From assembly GCA_001724265.1 (NCBI GenBank), contig MEDY01000230.1, forward strand, positions 1 to 47,267: a DNA stretch of 47,267 nucleotides, written 5' to 3'. The notes below the pieces were generated by a model, which saw only the letters and a program-made list of their open reading frames with translations, ran no database searches and was not told the DNA's origin. Shown here in pieces: positions 1 through 11,152 of this stretch; within the stretch, counting starts at the first letter, position 1; each line of letters begins with the position of its first letter. Both the position numbers and the translations under genes were made by a program. Source of the stretch: Rhizaria sp. SCN 62-66. Lineage: Eukaryota.

Positions 1-56
<56 letters not shown>
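1..56. repeat. (TG)n microsatellite, intronic, truncated by the window edge
   Basis: Perfect TG dinucleotide run at the window start, upstream of the acceptor at 171-172. Confidence 0.97.
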
Positions 57-60
<4 letters not shown>

Positions 61-172
61 TAAAAAAAAATTTATGCAACGTTTTATTTTACAAAGTCCT
101 TGGATATCATTATATAGATCCTCACAATCGTTTTTCTCCGTGTTTTCTTGCGCTCTTGCTTCTGCCTCGCAG

Positions 173-1075
173 GGCTCCGGCTCCCAGGGCGGCGGCTACC
201 TGCGCGGTTGGGAGCAGCCCATCACCTGGGCGATCGTGTTCCTGCTGGTGACCGTGGGATTGATCACGTCGCGCATCATGAAGAACTACGACAGCATCGT
301 CAAGATCTTCTGCGTGTCGATGGGCAACTTCGTCGTGTACGCCTACTCGGTGTTGTTCCAGGGTCAGCCGCTTGCGCTGTCGTTCATCGTCGCCTTCGCC
401 CTCGTCTCGGGCTCGGCATACACTTACCAGCTCGAGAAGATGCGTCTGGACGCCGAGGCCGCGCCGGTCCAGCCCTCCAAGATTGTGCTGTCGCGCCCCG
501 AGGAAAGCGACATCATGCTCGGCGACCTCCCTTCCTCTTCATCGTCTATCAACAGCAGCAGCAACGTCGCTGGTGGCAGCAGCAGTCTCAGCGGCCGCGT
601 CAGCGTCAACAACAGCGGTGCAAGCAGCCGCAGCGGCGGCGCTCGGTGCCCTTACGCGGCCGACGCCGACAGCTTCGCCGACGCCGACATCGACGGCTAC
701 GGCGACGGTGACGCCGAGCAGGGCGGCCAGAGCCAGGGCGACCCCCTGGCCGGCTCCGGTCCCCGCAGCGACGACAGCGGTTCGGCCCGCAAGAGCACAA
801 ACAGCCGCCTCAGCAGCAGCAACAGCCTCCGCGGTGGCGCTAACGGCGGGGTGAGGCGGTGCCGCAACGGGCCCACGTGCTCTGGCGGCGACGGGTGCTC
901 CGCGCTTGAGGTCCAGGCGCTGGCCCGCGGCGTCGCCAGCGTGCTCACCGCGTCCACGCCCACCAACAATAGCCGGGACGGCCACGGCCACGGCCACGGC
1001 GGCGGTCTCACCAGTCCTACCGAGGAGGACCTGACCACAGACGTCGACGCGCTGTTCGCCGCGCACGACGACTAA
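173..1075 (+). CDS. Last exon of a nucleotide-sugar transporter (SLC35A / CMP-sialic acid / UDP-Gal type) with a low-complexity C-terminal tail
   Basis: Pyrimidine tract plus cgcag acceptor at 171-172. Peptide GWEQPITWAIVFLLVTVGLITSRIMKNYDSIVKIF...SVLF...SFIVAFALV resembles the SLC35A C-terminal G...S..MKY.D.I.K.F transmembrane segment. TAA stop. Confidence 0.75.
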   Translation, partial: GSGSQGGGYLRGWEQPITWAIVFLLVTVGLITSRIMKNYDSIVKIFCVSMGNFVVYAYSVLFQGQPLALSFIVAFALVSGSAYTYQLEKMRLDAEAAPVQPSKIVLSRPEESDIMLGDLPSSSSSINSSSNVAGGSSSLSGRVSVNNSGASSRSGGARCPYAADADSFADADIDGYGDGDAEQGGQSQGDPLAGSGPRSDDSGSARKSTNSRLSSSNSLRGGANGGVRRCRNGPTCSGGDGCSALEVQALARGVASVLTASTPTNNSRDGHGHGHGGGLTSPTEEDLTTDVDALFAAHDD

Positions 1076-1119
1076 GTAGCAAAAATACGGACTTAGCCGG
1101 CGAAGTTCCGCCGCGTTGG

Positions 1120-1168
1120 TGATGTCTGATGTCTGATGTCTGATGTCTGATGTCTGATGTCTGATATC
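1120..1168. repeat. Tandem heptamer (TGATGTC)x6 plus one degenerate copy
   Basis: Read directly; lies about 45 nt after the transporter stop codon. Confidence 0.95.
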
Positions 1169-1943
1169 ATGTCAAAAAAATATGCGACGTGACGTCACAG
1201 TGTTTTTGTTCTTCTTTATTTTTGTTTTTTGTTGTTTGTTCGTTCGTTCCGTCATCTGGCATCTTCGATGCTTTGATGTATCTCTGTCTCGTTTTGTCCT
1301 CTCTTGTTGTGTCTGTTCCCGTTTCTGGGATGTTCGCTCGATCATGATCTTCGCCTGTCGACTGGCCTAGCTGTTTAGCTCGCTTACACTGGTGATTTCG
1401 AAGATGGATGCCTATGTTCGTTGATTTGTATGCAGTGGTCTCATGTACTAGTATTTGACTTACCTGATCGAGTTTGTCAATAATCATTTCTTTCTAACAC
1501 AGGAGCTTTGATTTGTGGAGTCCAGTGGCTTGATATTGCTCTGACAACTATTTCTCTTTCTATGTTTGCGTTTTTTCCTTTTGATGTCACATTGATCGAT
1601 TACTGTTACTGGTGCATATTAATTGTGCTTCACTCCACAATACACCTGAAAGTCTACTTGTCCTCGTGGAGAGCCGAGGCCGTGATAACTCTAAACAACA
1701 ATATAATACAATATGAGACATCTAAGGAGTGTGAGCAATTTTTAAGATTTATTGTCATTTTTATATTTTAATGAATGTATTTTTTCATCTAAATCTGACT
1801 TTATACGTCGTGTGATAAAAAAGCGTGCATTCTGTTTACTTTGTAACCTAACTGAATTTAAAGGCGGCCCCATCTCTATTAGCCTATGAACACTTATAAT
1901 ATCATTGTTCACGTTAACAACAGCCCATTGCACCTTCAAGGAC

Positions 1944-2579
1944 TTAAAGCGGCGTGCTATCCAGGTCCGCGCGCGGCCCCTCAGCCCGACTGCCGTCAGC
2001 GAGCCTCGCCCGGCCGCTGCCGCGCAGTCCGCCGCCGCGGCCAAGGCCGGTAAGGATGGGCTGGCCCGTGGCCGGGTCCGTGACGGTGATGGGGGCCGTC
2101 GGGTCGCGGGGGATGCCGAAGCGGTGCCCATGGGCGTCCGTGTTGCTGCGCGCGGGGCTGCCGCCGCTGCTACTGGCACTCGATGCGCCAGCGTTATTGT
2201 TGTTAGAGGTGGAGGGTGTGGAGCCCATGGGTTGCATGACAGCTGTGGCGCTCGAGGGTCGGGGGGCGAAACGGACTGAGAGCAGAGAGACAGGACGTAC
2301 ATGAAGTGTGAAATAGACAGAAAAGGGTGTGTGAGCGATATCAAGAAAATATCAAGAAAACACATTTGACGAGTGAATAAAGCACCCAAACTTCAAAATA
2401 ATACATTAACAGCTCATGTATACGTGATACTTCAGAAGATATGCAGATATGGCTCGTTTGTGCTGTTATATACAATGGTTTGTTCAGTGAGAGAAATACG
2501 TACAGGCTGTGGTGTGGGCGGGGACGAGGACGAGCGAGAGAGCGGCTAGAACGGTGATGGAAGAGAGAAACTTCAGCAT
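1944..2579 (-). CDS. Small orphan secreted protein, about 135 aa, 2 exons (2579-2504, 2275-1944)
   Basis: Exon 1 encodes signal peptide MLKFLSSITVLAALSLVLVPAHTTA. A phase-1 gtacgt...ctcag intron joins in frame to FRFAPRPSS...DLDSTPL. TAA stop. Confidence 0.7.
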
Positions 2580-3600
2580 GAGCAAACTATAGATGTGATC
2601 ATATGTCGTGATGTTCGAGAGGTATGTTACAGTCGAGAGGAAGGCAAGTTTGACGGGAAAAAAGCGGAGGTAACAGCAAATAGATGCAAGGGCACCAGAA
2701 CACGGATAGCAAGCGCAAAGCAAGAGGTATGGAAGTGTGGCAGCAGTATATACATTGAAAAATCGCAATCAATACGATGCAGTGACGATGTCAGTGGGCA
2801 TGATCGGTGTGTGGTGTGGGAAGGGAGGGAGTGGGGAGATGCGATGGTTGTGGTGAGGGACACACGAGAGAGCTTCAGAACAAGACAGAGAGCGATAAAC
2901 AGCTTTCCCAACTTTATAAAAAGAAGGAAATAACTACAACACGCTATTATATCTTGCCGTCTGCTCTGTGTCCCATCTGACGACCGCGTCACGCTGGGCT
3001 GGCACGCCAGTGAAAGTTGGTGACAGCAAGGCGAAGTCGTGGATAGGGAGGGACAGTCGCGGACGTCAAAAAGCCATGATATTTCACGGAAACCAACTCT
3101 AATGGTGATTTTTCATTTAGAATCCCAAGTCGGTCAGCTATAAACCCGCCATATTTAAAGGATGCATTTGAATATACTCATTTCATAAAGATATCTTACA
3201 TTTTGTATTTTCACTCGAAATGTTCAAGTTTGTCACGTTCGTTCAGTGTGCCCTTCGAAGTCTTAGCAAAACCTCGGTTGTGGTTGTGTCTTATGGGTGA
3301 TGGATTTAGGAGAGCTTTTTTTGTGGTGGTTCCGTAACCGTCTTCAAATATCATCACTCCTGCATCTTATCGTCCGTCAGTCGGGAATTCAGCACTATTT
3401 CCAGATTAAATACGACACTTTTCATATATTCTTAATAGACTATTCTCACAACCGCTTTAAAACCTCGCTACTTTCCCTTCCTAGACCCATCGCTTCACAG
3501 AGCTTTTCCTCTCCCCCAGCTCTCCCCACCCCACCGTTTCCCTCGCCTCTGCACTTGTGCTCCTCCCCTCGACGCCCCCCGCAGCCGGCACACCAGCATT

Positions 3601-5380
3601 ATGGGCGGCATCTCCTCCAACTCCTTCGGCGCCGTGCCCCACTACGTGGCTCAGTGGATCGCCAAGCACAACGAGTATCTGCGCAGCGTCAACTGGTCCG
3701 TCCCGCGATAACATGCCTCTGCCGACTGCTTTGCCATGCTTCTAGGAAACTGTTTTCGCATTGGCCACGCAGTTTCCTGTGTGTTATATCTACAATATCT
3801 ACATTCACAATGTTTTCTGCATATGTCATCCCCATATGTCTTAAGACGTTCGCTCACCTTCACACACCTGCTACACCCCCCTTGCCTCTTCCCCCCTCGC
3901 CTGGCCTCAGCTCGCCGTACGAGATCAAGGTCATCGGCAACCTTATTTGGGTTGCGTACCACCGCTTCCGCCTGTTCCGCAACATTCACACCCGCAGCAA
4001 CCCCAACACGCACCGCTTCTACGGCTTCGATCCCCCCGCCGACAGCGACGCCGTACGTCTAAACTTATCTTTCATACCGCACAATGAGACAATATCGTCA
4101 TGTATTTTTGTTGAATCACGCAGTGTTTATTCGAAATAGTGCGTGTCCGTTCTATCTTGTTCTATTATCACTCAATCTCACTCTTTCATGACTCTGTTCT
4201 CTTGCGAATGAACTCAAACACTCCCCTCTCTTGGACTGACTCAATCCGGACCGACCCCAGGCCGCGTTCATGCGTCTGCGCGTGCCCGCGATCGAGATCG
4301 CGCGCATTCCCGAGCTGGCCTACAACCGTCTTGGCCTCCGCGTTGCGTGCGCGCTCGCTAACGTCTTCTTCGAGGAAGGGCCAGACTTCCCCGACAACAA
4401 CCCCCTGAGCCCCGCCAACCGCCACAAGGCCGCCGCCGGCGCCGCCGCCGCGACCAGTCCCAGCGGCTTCACCACCGCCACCGCCACTGCAAGCCCCAGC
4501 TCTGGCGCTGCTGCCACGGGCGCCAGTCCTGGGCTCGTCGCATCGTCGAGCGCGGCGATCCTGCCCGAGGAGGCACTCGGCAACCTCGACTTCGCACTGG
4601 GCGCCTCCCCGTCCTCGTTCAGCAGCAGCAGCAGCAGCGCCGGTGTGGGCGCTGCTCCGCAGAACCAGCACCGCCCCTCGGTCTCCCATCATAGCTCCCC
4701 GAGCCACCCGACGCACAACGCCAACACGGCCGCGACGGACGCGATGGTCGTGTCACCCAGCGGCGCGTCCCCCGGCCCGCTCGTCTCGTCCCAATCCGCG
4801 GGCTCCACGGCTTTCATGACGTCTTTCTCGTCCCCTGTGTACGGCGGCGACCACCGCGTTCTGCCACGCACGGGCACCGCGGCGCTGGCCGCGCCCGTGA
4901 CGGCGATCGAGTCGATCCGCGCGACAATCTACACGCGCACGTACGACTTCCTCGACTTCCTCCGGCTGCTTTTCGTGTTCCACCACCAAACACCGACTGC
5001 GTTCAAGGCGTGGGCGGCGTTCCGCGTGTACGACTTTAACGAGAACAACGAGGTGGACATCACCGACGTGCAGGCAATGCTGCTCTTCATCATGGGCAAG
5101 CGCGCGCTGAGCGATAAGCTCGTAGTGCTGGCCAGCAAGACCATGGACGAGATCGACGTCGACGGCAATAAGACCATCTCGGTGTTTGAGTTTGAGCAGT
5201 TTCTCAAGCGTGTGCCGGAGTTCTCGTACAACTTCAGCTTCGAGCCCGTCACGATCGAGGAGTCGCTGCGCTTCCGCTTCGATCCCGCCTTGCTGCCACG
5301 CGTGTCTAACGATCACCACAGTACACACGCCAACGCTAGGGACAGGGGTACCTCGAATGCGGTGAGCCCCAGCCCAAGCC

Positions 5381-5411
<31 letters not shown>

Positions 5412-6216
5412 AACTGCGACCGCGGCCGCCAACAACGCTAACAGCGACCCCGAGGGCGCCGGCGCTGGTGCTGGCTCTGGTGAGCGCAAGCGCGTGTCGT
5501 TCGCGGCGACGCACGAGGAGCGCCCCATCCCGAGTCACGGGGCCTACAACGGCGAGGGCGGCGCGGTGATTCCGGGGGGCGCGCAGTCGTTCGAGGCGCC
5601 CGGGCAGGGCTACGCAGGCCTGCCGACGCTGCCGGAGGGCAGCGTCAGCGGCAGTAATGACAATGGCGAATACAACAACGCGGCCGCCGCTGCCCACGCT
5701 GCCGCTGGGTCAGAGTATCACGGCGACGGGAGCTTTGCGCAGTCGTACGGACAGGCCCCTGGTGGGTACGCGGCCTCGAGCCACTGCATCGGCCCCAGCA
5801 GCCAAGTTGACGGCTACGCCGGCGCGGGCGAGAGCTACAGCCACGCCGGCGCCCATGGGCACCAGTATGAGAGCATGGACGGCAGCAGCAGCAGCGGCGG
5901 CCGCGGCGGCGGCGACGTCGCCGCGGGGTCGTTCACGGCGGTGCACGGCGACGGCAGCGTGTTGGGGCTGGGCGACGAGCGCGCGGGGTCGTTCGCCTAC
6001 GACAACGCCGCCGAGATGAACAACAATGGCAACGGCACGACTAACTTCGTGAGCGACAACAGCAACTACGTGCACAACACCGGCGCGGGCGTCGGCAACT
6101 TCGGCAATGCCGGCGACGCTGAGGGCGAGTATGAGTACGAGCAGCAGCCTTTTGCACCCGTCAAGGGCTACGAGGCTTACCCGGGTCCCGCTCCGGAGGA
6201 TGGCAACACGAACTAA
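3601..6216 (+). CDS. CIB: Calcium- and integrin-binding (CIB) / calcineurin-B-like EF-hand protein, 3 exons (3601-3695, 3911-4052, 4261-6216)
   Basis: N-terminal MGGISS myristoylation-type start. IPELAYN...ANVF, FLDFLRLLFVF, AFRVYDFNENNEVD and DVDGNKTISVFEF...PEF match CIB-family EF-hand motifs. Both GT-AG introns are phase-compatible. TAA stop. Confidence 0.8.
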
Positions 6217-7075
6217 GCGAAGCCGCATGAAGGACGACGTTTGAAGTGCGTTTTCTTATTCAAGGACAACGTGTACTGGACGTTACTTTACGTTCATTAT
6301 TTCAGAGGTTTTTTTTTTTTTTAAAGTGTTGCTCCTTTGTCGTTATTATCATCAAATCATTACCCTTCAAGAATCTTCGTGAGTTTTGTGTGTGTTTGTT
6401 TGTGTGTTGTTGCTGTTGTTGTTATGGCACTCATTGTAAGTGACTTGCAGCAACCGCAAAACATCGTCATATGTTTTTTACGCATCACTCAAAGGTTTTT
6501 TATTACATTTGTCTTTGCTGTTCCCTTTGTTGCTACTGTTGTTTGTGTCTCGCTACTGCCATATTCTTGTCTTTTATTTTAAATCGCGCCTGTCGACTGC
6601 TATACTGTAGGTTGCAGTTGCGATTTTAGCTATAGCCATGTTGTGCTTTGTGCTGCATCAGACTACTGCTCGTTTGTTTGTCTTTTTAATACTGTTCTTG
6701 CTGGCGTATTTTATTTTTTGTTCACCTCATCAATATCTTTTCGTAGTAGTCGCAGTCGTCGTCTCGTCTGCTGCCTTCATCTGCCGCTCATCTATCTGTG
6801 CTTCGCCGATACTAGTGCTGTCACTAGTATCGCTGCCGTTATTGTCCCTGCTGTTTGTTTGTGATTCCTCTTTACTGTTGTACTTTTCTTGCTGTATTCC
6901 AATCAGGCAACGTGTTCGCGGTCGTACTCCGTGTTAGATTTTAAGATTTTAAGATTTACATGCAGTTTCATTTGCTTTAACTCAGAATCAAACAAGCATA
7001 CATACACACACATCTTTTAAAAACACTCCGTTCATTTCACTACTGTATCTTCAAATTTTTAATTCAATTCGCTTT

Positions 7076-8542
7076 TTAAAGACAATATGACACTGCCAAC
7101 TCTTTCCCCTCGCTCGCAACATTGCGACGATCACAACTGTTGTTACCACCGGATCCAGACTCTGTGCTCAAGAGCACGCTAGAACCCGACGCCGGCTTGA
7201 CTACACTGCGGTTAATACGCCCTCCACTGTTACTGCTTCCATTCTTATCAGTCTCTTTGCTGATCTTCGCGACATGCTTGTCGACAACGATGATGGGAGC
7301 TGTTGCGGCTTTGTTTGCACGCGCGTCGACTGCTGAAAGTTGCTGTCGATGCTGCATTGTCTCTTGTGCGGCGGCGCCGTTGGTTGCTTCTAGTGATTGC
7401 TGTAAGATGTCGGCATTGCTACTAAAGCCAGCATAGTTCACATTGAAATCTCGTTTCTTATTGTTGTTCTGACACCTGCGCTTATTCTGCTCACTCATCT
7501 TATGAACAATGCTTATGAGTGGAGCGCTTATGCCCGGAGTGACACTCTTGATCTTGTGCACATTTACTTGGCTGTTGCTGACGGTGACGTCTTGATTCCA
7601 GCCGCATTGCATGATCACCGCGATCTCTCTGTAAAACTTTTTCTTCAAATCATCAAACGAGCTGTATCCGACGCTCTTAACCCATTCCCACAGCGCAACA
7701 GTGTATCTTCGCACCGACTCAAAACGATCGGACTCAAACTTACCTCTTTCCAGCTCACGCTCAACGGTCCCGCGGCCGCGCCAGCGCTCGAACAGAACGT
7801 GATTCGGGTGTTTTGTCGGTTTCAGGTCAAGATGTAGCGGAACAGCGTAGAACTCGACGATAAGCCCAGTGTTGAGCCTGATGTCAAAGGTAATCGGCCG
7901 CCAGCCAAACGCTTTGGCGCACACGAACTTGTCAAAGTCGAGCTTGACCGGGTGGGCGCCGTGCAATGAGAGCAGCGTGAGCAATGGCGGCAGGTCTGAC
8001 AGTGATGATAGACGCGCTTTGAAGCGGAGGCTGTCGCGGATGTGCTCGATGTTAAACCACGGCTGCCAACAAAGGGGACGATATGACACGAGATGCGATG
8101 CATAACAACTTTTGAGAAATAAGATAACACTATTTTGTGATTTCGTGCGGACGTCTCGAATGCTTGTTGACGTGATGAATAAGCCTTATTTCTTCTCAAG
8201 TCAAAAATAATTATGCTGTACCTTCTCTTGCTTGATCTCCGGGCGGAGCGCTTTAAGAGCCACGCCAACAATGGATTTTGTGCCGAACTTAGCAAACAAA
8301 CCCAGCAGCCGCTGGATATCGCCTGTGATACGCGCTACTAGTGGCAAGCTTGCCTTTACGAGTTTCGCTAGCGATCGTAACTTGACTGCGCCGGATGCCT
8401 TCTTAGGGACTGGATTGCTCACTTCCCAGAGCCGCCCCTCCACATGCGGCTCCTCTACATCGCCCCAAAATGGACGACTTAACTTGGCACGCGCAGCACG
8501 ACACGGCCAGTCTTCATAGGGATGTCGCTGTGATGCTGGACA

Positions 8543-8573
<31 letters not shown>

Positions 8574-9445
8574 TGCAGCTTACTAATAATTTCCAGTACG
8601 GCAGCGTCAGAGCTGTCAAATCTGCTGCTGTTTGTGTTGCTTATGTCTTGCGCACTGATGTCACACTCTTCATCGCCATATACCCCGACACTTTCACAAT
8701 CATACGCAGGCATTGCCTGATGCTACAGCTGCTCTACCGTATCCTTGCTCACATTTGCGCTCTTTGATGCGTCCCAGCGGCACACGCGGCTGTCAACTGC
8801 TTTTGCCTGCGTTGTTGTATCTAGTGCCGCAATTGCACCGCTGCGCAAATAGCTTAGTGCGCACGAGTTAGACAGTGCCATGAACTAACGACGTTGCTGC
8901 TGCAGTAGTCGGTGTCGCTTTAAGAAGGCGCTATGATCAGAACTATGAACTGGCTTAGTTCTGCGGGCAGTGTGAGTGTGTGGCCGCAGCTTCGGACTTT
9001 GCGGGGATGAGAACGACTGCGGTCGCAGCTGTGGACTAGTCCGAGGAATGTGTGTTTGCGAGAACGGACTCTTGGGAGACAGATAGCTTGAGAATAAAGG
9101 CTTGCTGGCACCTGAACCCATCGTGTCAACTTTTTGCTTGATGCAGCAACCTTGCGAGGTTGCTTTTGGTTTTTCAAACGGCAAGAGCATTGGACTGAGG
9201 ACTGTTGAAGCAAGTTGCGATGATGTGGCCCGTATCCAGCTGCGTAACGCTCTGTATGGCAGCGTCCAGACTCCGCCCGGACTCCAACTCGTGTAACCTC
9301 TCAATTCATCATGCTCGACAATGCTTGCGTACGGCCGGAACGGATTAGTAGTAGCGCTGGCAGTAGCGAGCGGGGCCGCAAGGCACAATGAGAAGATGCA
9401 GAGCACAAAATGAATGACGGTGCTACGTCCGACAGACGGGGGCAT
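7076..9445 (-). CDS. Signal-peptide-bearing protein with a RelA/SpoT-like (alarmone synthetase-type) nucleotidyltransferase domain, about 736 aa, 2 exons (9445-8222, 8062-7076), two in-frame TAGs (8885-8887, 8723-8725)
   Basis: ORFs 8885-9469 and 8201-8713 share a frame and are separated only by TAG codons. A phase-0 gtacag...ggcag intron gives KQEK|PWFNIEHIRDSLRF. Motifs KS..G...K..R, D..R, GWR, VEFY and H.LFE.WR occur in RelA/SpoT order. TAA stop. Confidence 0.65.
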
Positions 9446-9999
9446 TGAACCGGCTTGTACGCCCCACACCTCGCACTTACAAACTAAAGAGAGAACTTCA
9501 AGTCAAACAACAAGATAAATCCTCAGTTATAGTTAAAGTATGCCTCGTATACAGCAACGATGTTGAGAACCTGACATGTTTAAGTCGTCACCTGTTCAAG
9601 TTCGACTGCGAAGTGCAACAACAAATCGCATTCTGTAGTTTTGATTGGAGCGATAGATCGTTGGATAAAGTCGACATTTTATTTGTTCTTGCATTTTAGT
9701 ATTCGATTTAAGCTTGATTAGGGCTTATACAAAGATTGTATGCCCAACAACTACACAAATTTGCGTTGTATCTAATTGTTTCGAACGCTTCGAGTTCATG
9801 GGTCGATGAAACAAGAAACAGGGCGAGAAAATATAAGATTTATTTTACTTGCAATAATATATCTAAGTAACTTCACAAAGCAACTTTGCGACCCTCCATA
9901 CACGAACAAAGTCCTGGGATATGCGTGTCCGTAAGTGAGGTGGCCAGCAGTGGCCTGACCAAGAGTACTGCAAGGCCGTGGAGCGTGCGCGCATCCGCC

Positions 10000-11088
10000 T
10001 CAGACCCCCCAGCCGTCACGCTTAACCGTGACAAACAGCTCGGGCCACGTGGCTGCCACCACAATCGCCACCACCAGCAGCGCCGCAGCGGCTTTGAGCA
10101 GCATCAACACGGCAGCGCGGCCACTGATTTTAGCGCTGACCGACGAGGTTGCGCCGCCGCCGCTACTGCCATCACGGCTGCTGCTGCTGCTGCTGTCGCC
10201 GGGGGCGGTGTCGGGGGCAAAGCTCACCCGCTTACCACTCACACTATTAGCGTCGCCGCTAGTGCTGCTAGTGTTGGTGCCGGGGCCGGCGTACTTAAGG
10301 GCGGTGGCCGCGGCGTCCTTGGCCGCTTGCGACAGCCCCACGCCCTGGGCCTGCGCCAGCGCGAGCTGGATGCGCAGCGCGCCCGCCGAGCCGAACTCCG
10401 CCCGGAGCTCCGAGGGCCCCTCAGTGATGGCTCCGCCGCTTACGGGCGCGGATTCGGCCATCCGCTTCGCCGAGTCGGCTGCGAGCCGTTGTGCGGCAGA
10501 CAGCAGCTTGGCCGAGTCTGCCCGGAGCTTAGCCTTCGCCGACTCATCATTTTCGGCGCCGTCAGCAGCAGCAGCAGCAGCACTCACGGACGATGACGAG
10601 TCAGCATTACCGTTGTCGTGTGGTGTGTTGAGGTGTGCGAGCCCGTTGTCTTCGTTCCACTTCTGCTTCAGAGCAGCAAGCTTCTCCGTCATAGCCACAC
10701 GCCGGCGCGCGTCCGCGATGCGCTGCTCAGCGCGTGACGAGGCCGTACTCTGCTGGGTATTGACAGCGCCAGCACCTTTGCTGTTGCTGTTGCTGTTGCG
10801 GAGACGGAGCTTGAAGTCGGGGTTTTCGAAGTCCTTCAGCAAACTGTCCATCTCGTCATCACCACCCTCATTGCTACTGCTAGCGCCGGCACCCACACGC
10901 GCCGCCTTGCCCTGTGTAAGTACACCCTTAGACTCGAGCGACTGCAGGATGTCGTCCTTATCTCCGCCCAGCCGCTCGATGCGGCCCGTCCTTGGGTCGA
11001 CGATGACACCCTGCGCCTGCAGGCGCGCGCGCTCGAGTTGCTCCAGAGCAGCCAGGTCAGACGTCAGGTCTGTGTGTATGTGTTTGTG

Positions 11089-11152
<64 letters not shown>

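Noticed and set aside
10000..10002. TGA read-through at the end of the consortin-like gene
   Set aside because: It follows the C-terminal TM helix and the downstream frame loses the GC-rich coding style, so it is most simply a real stop, although an error in the preceding G run is possible.
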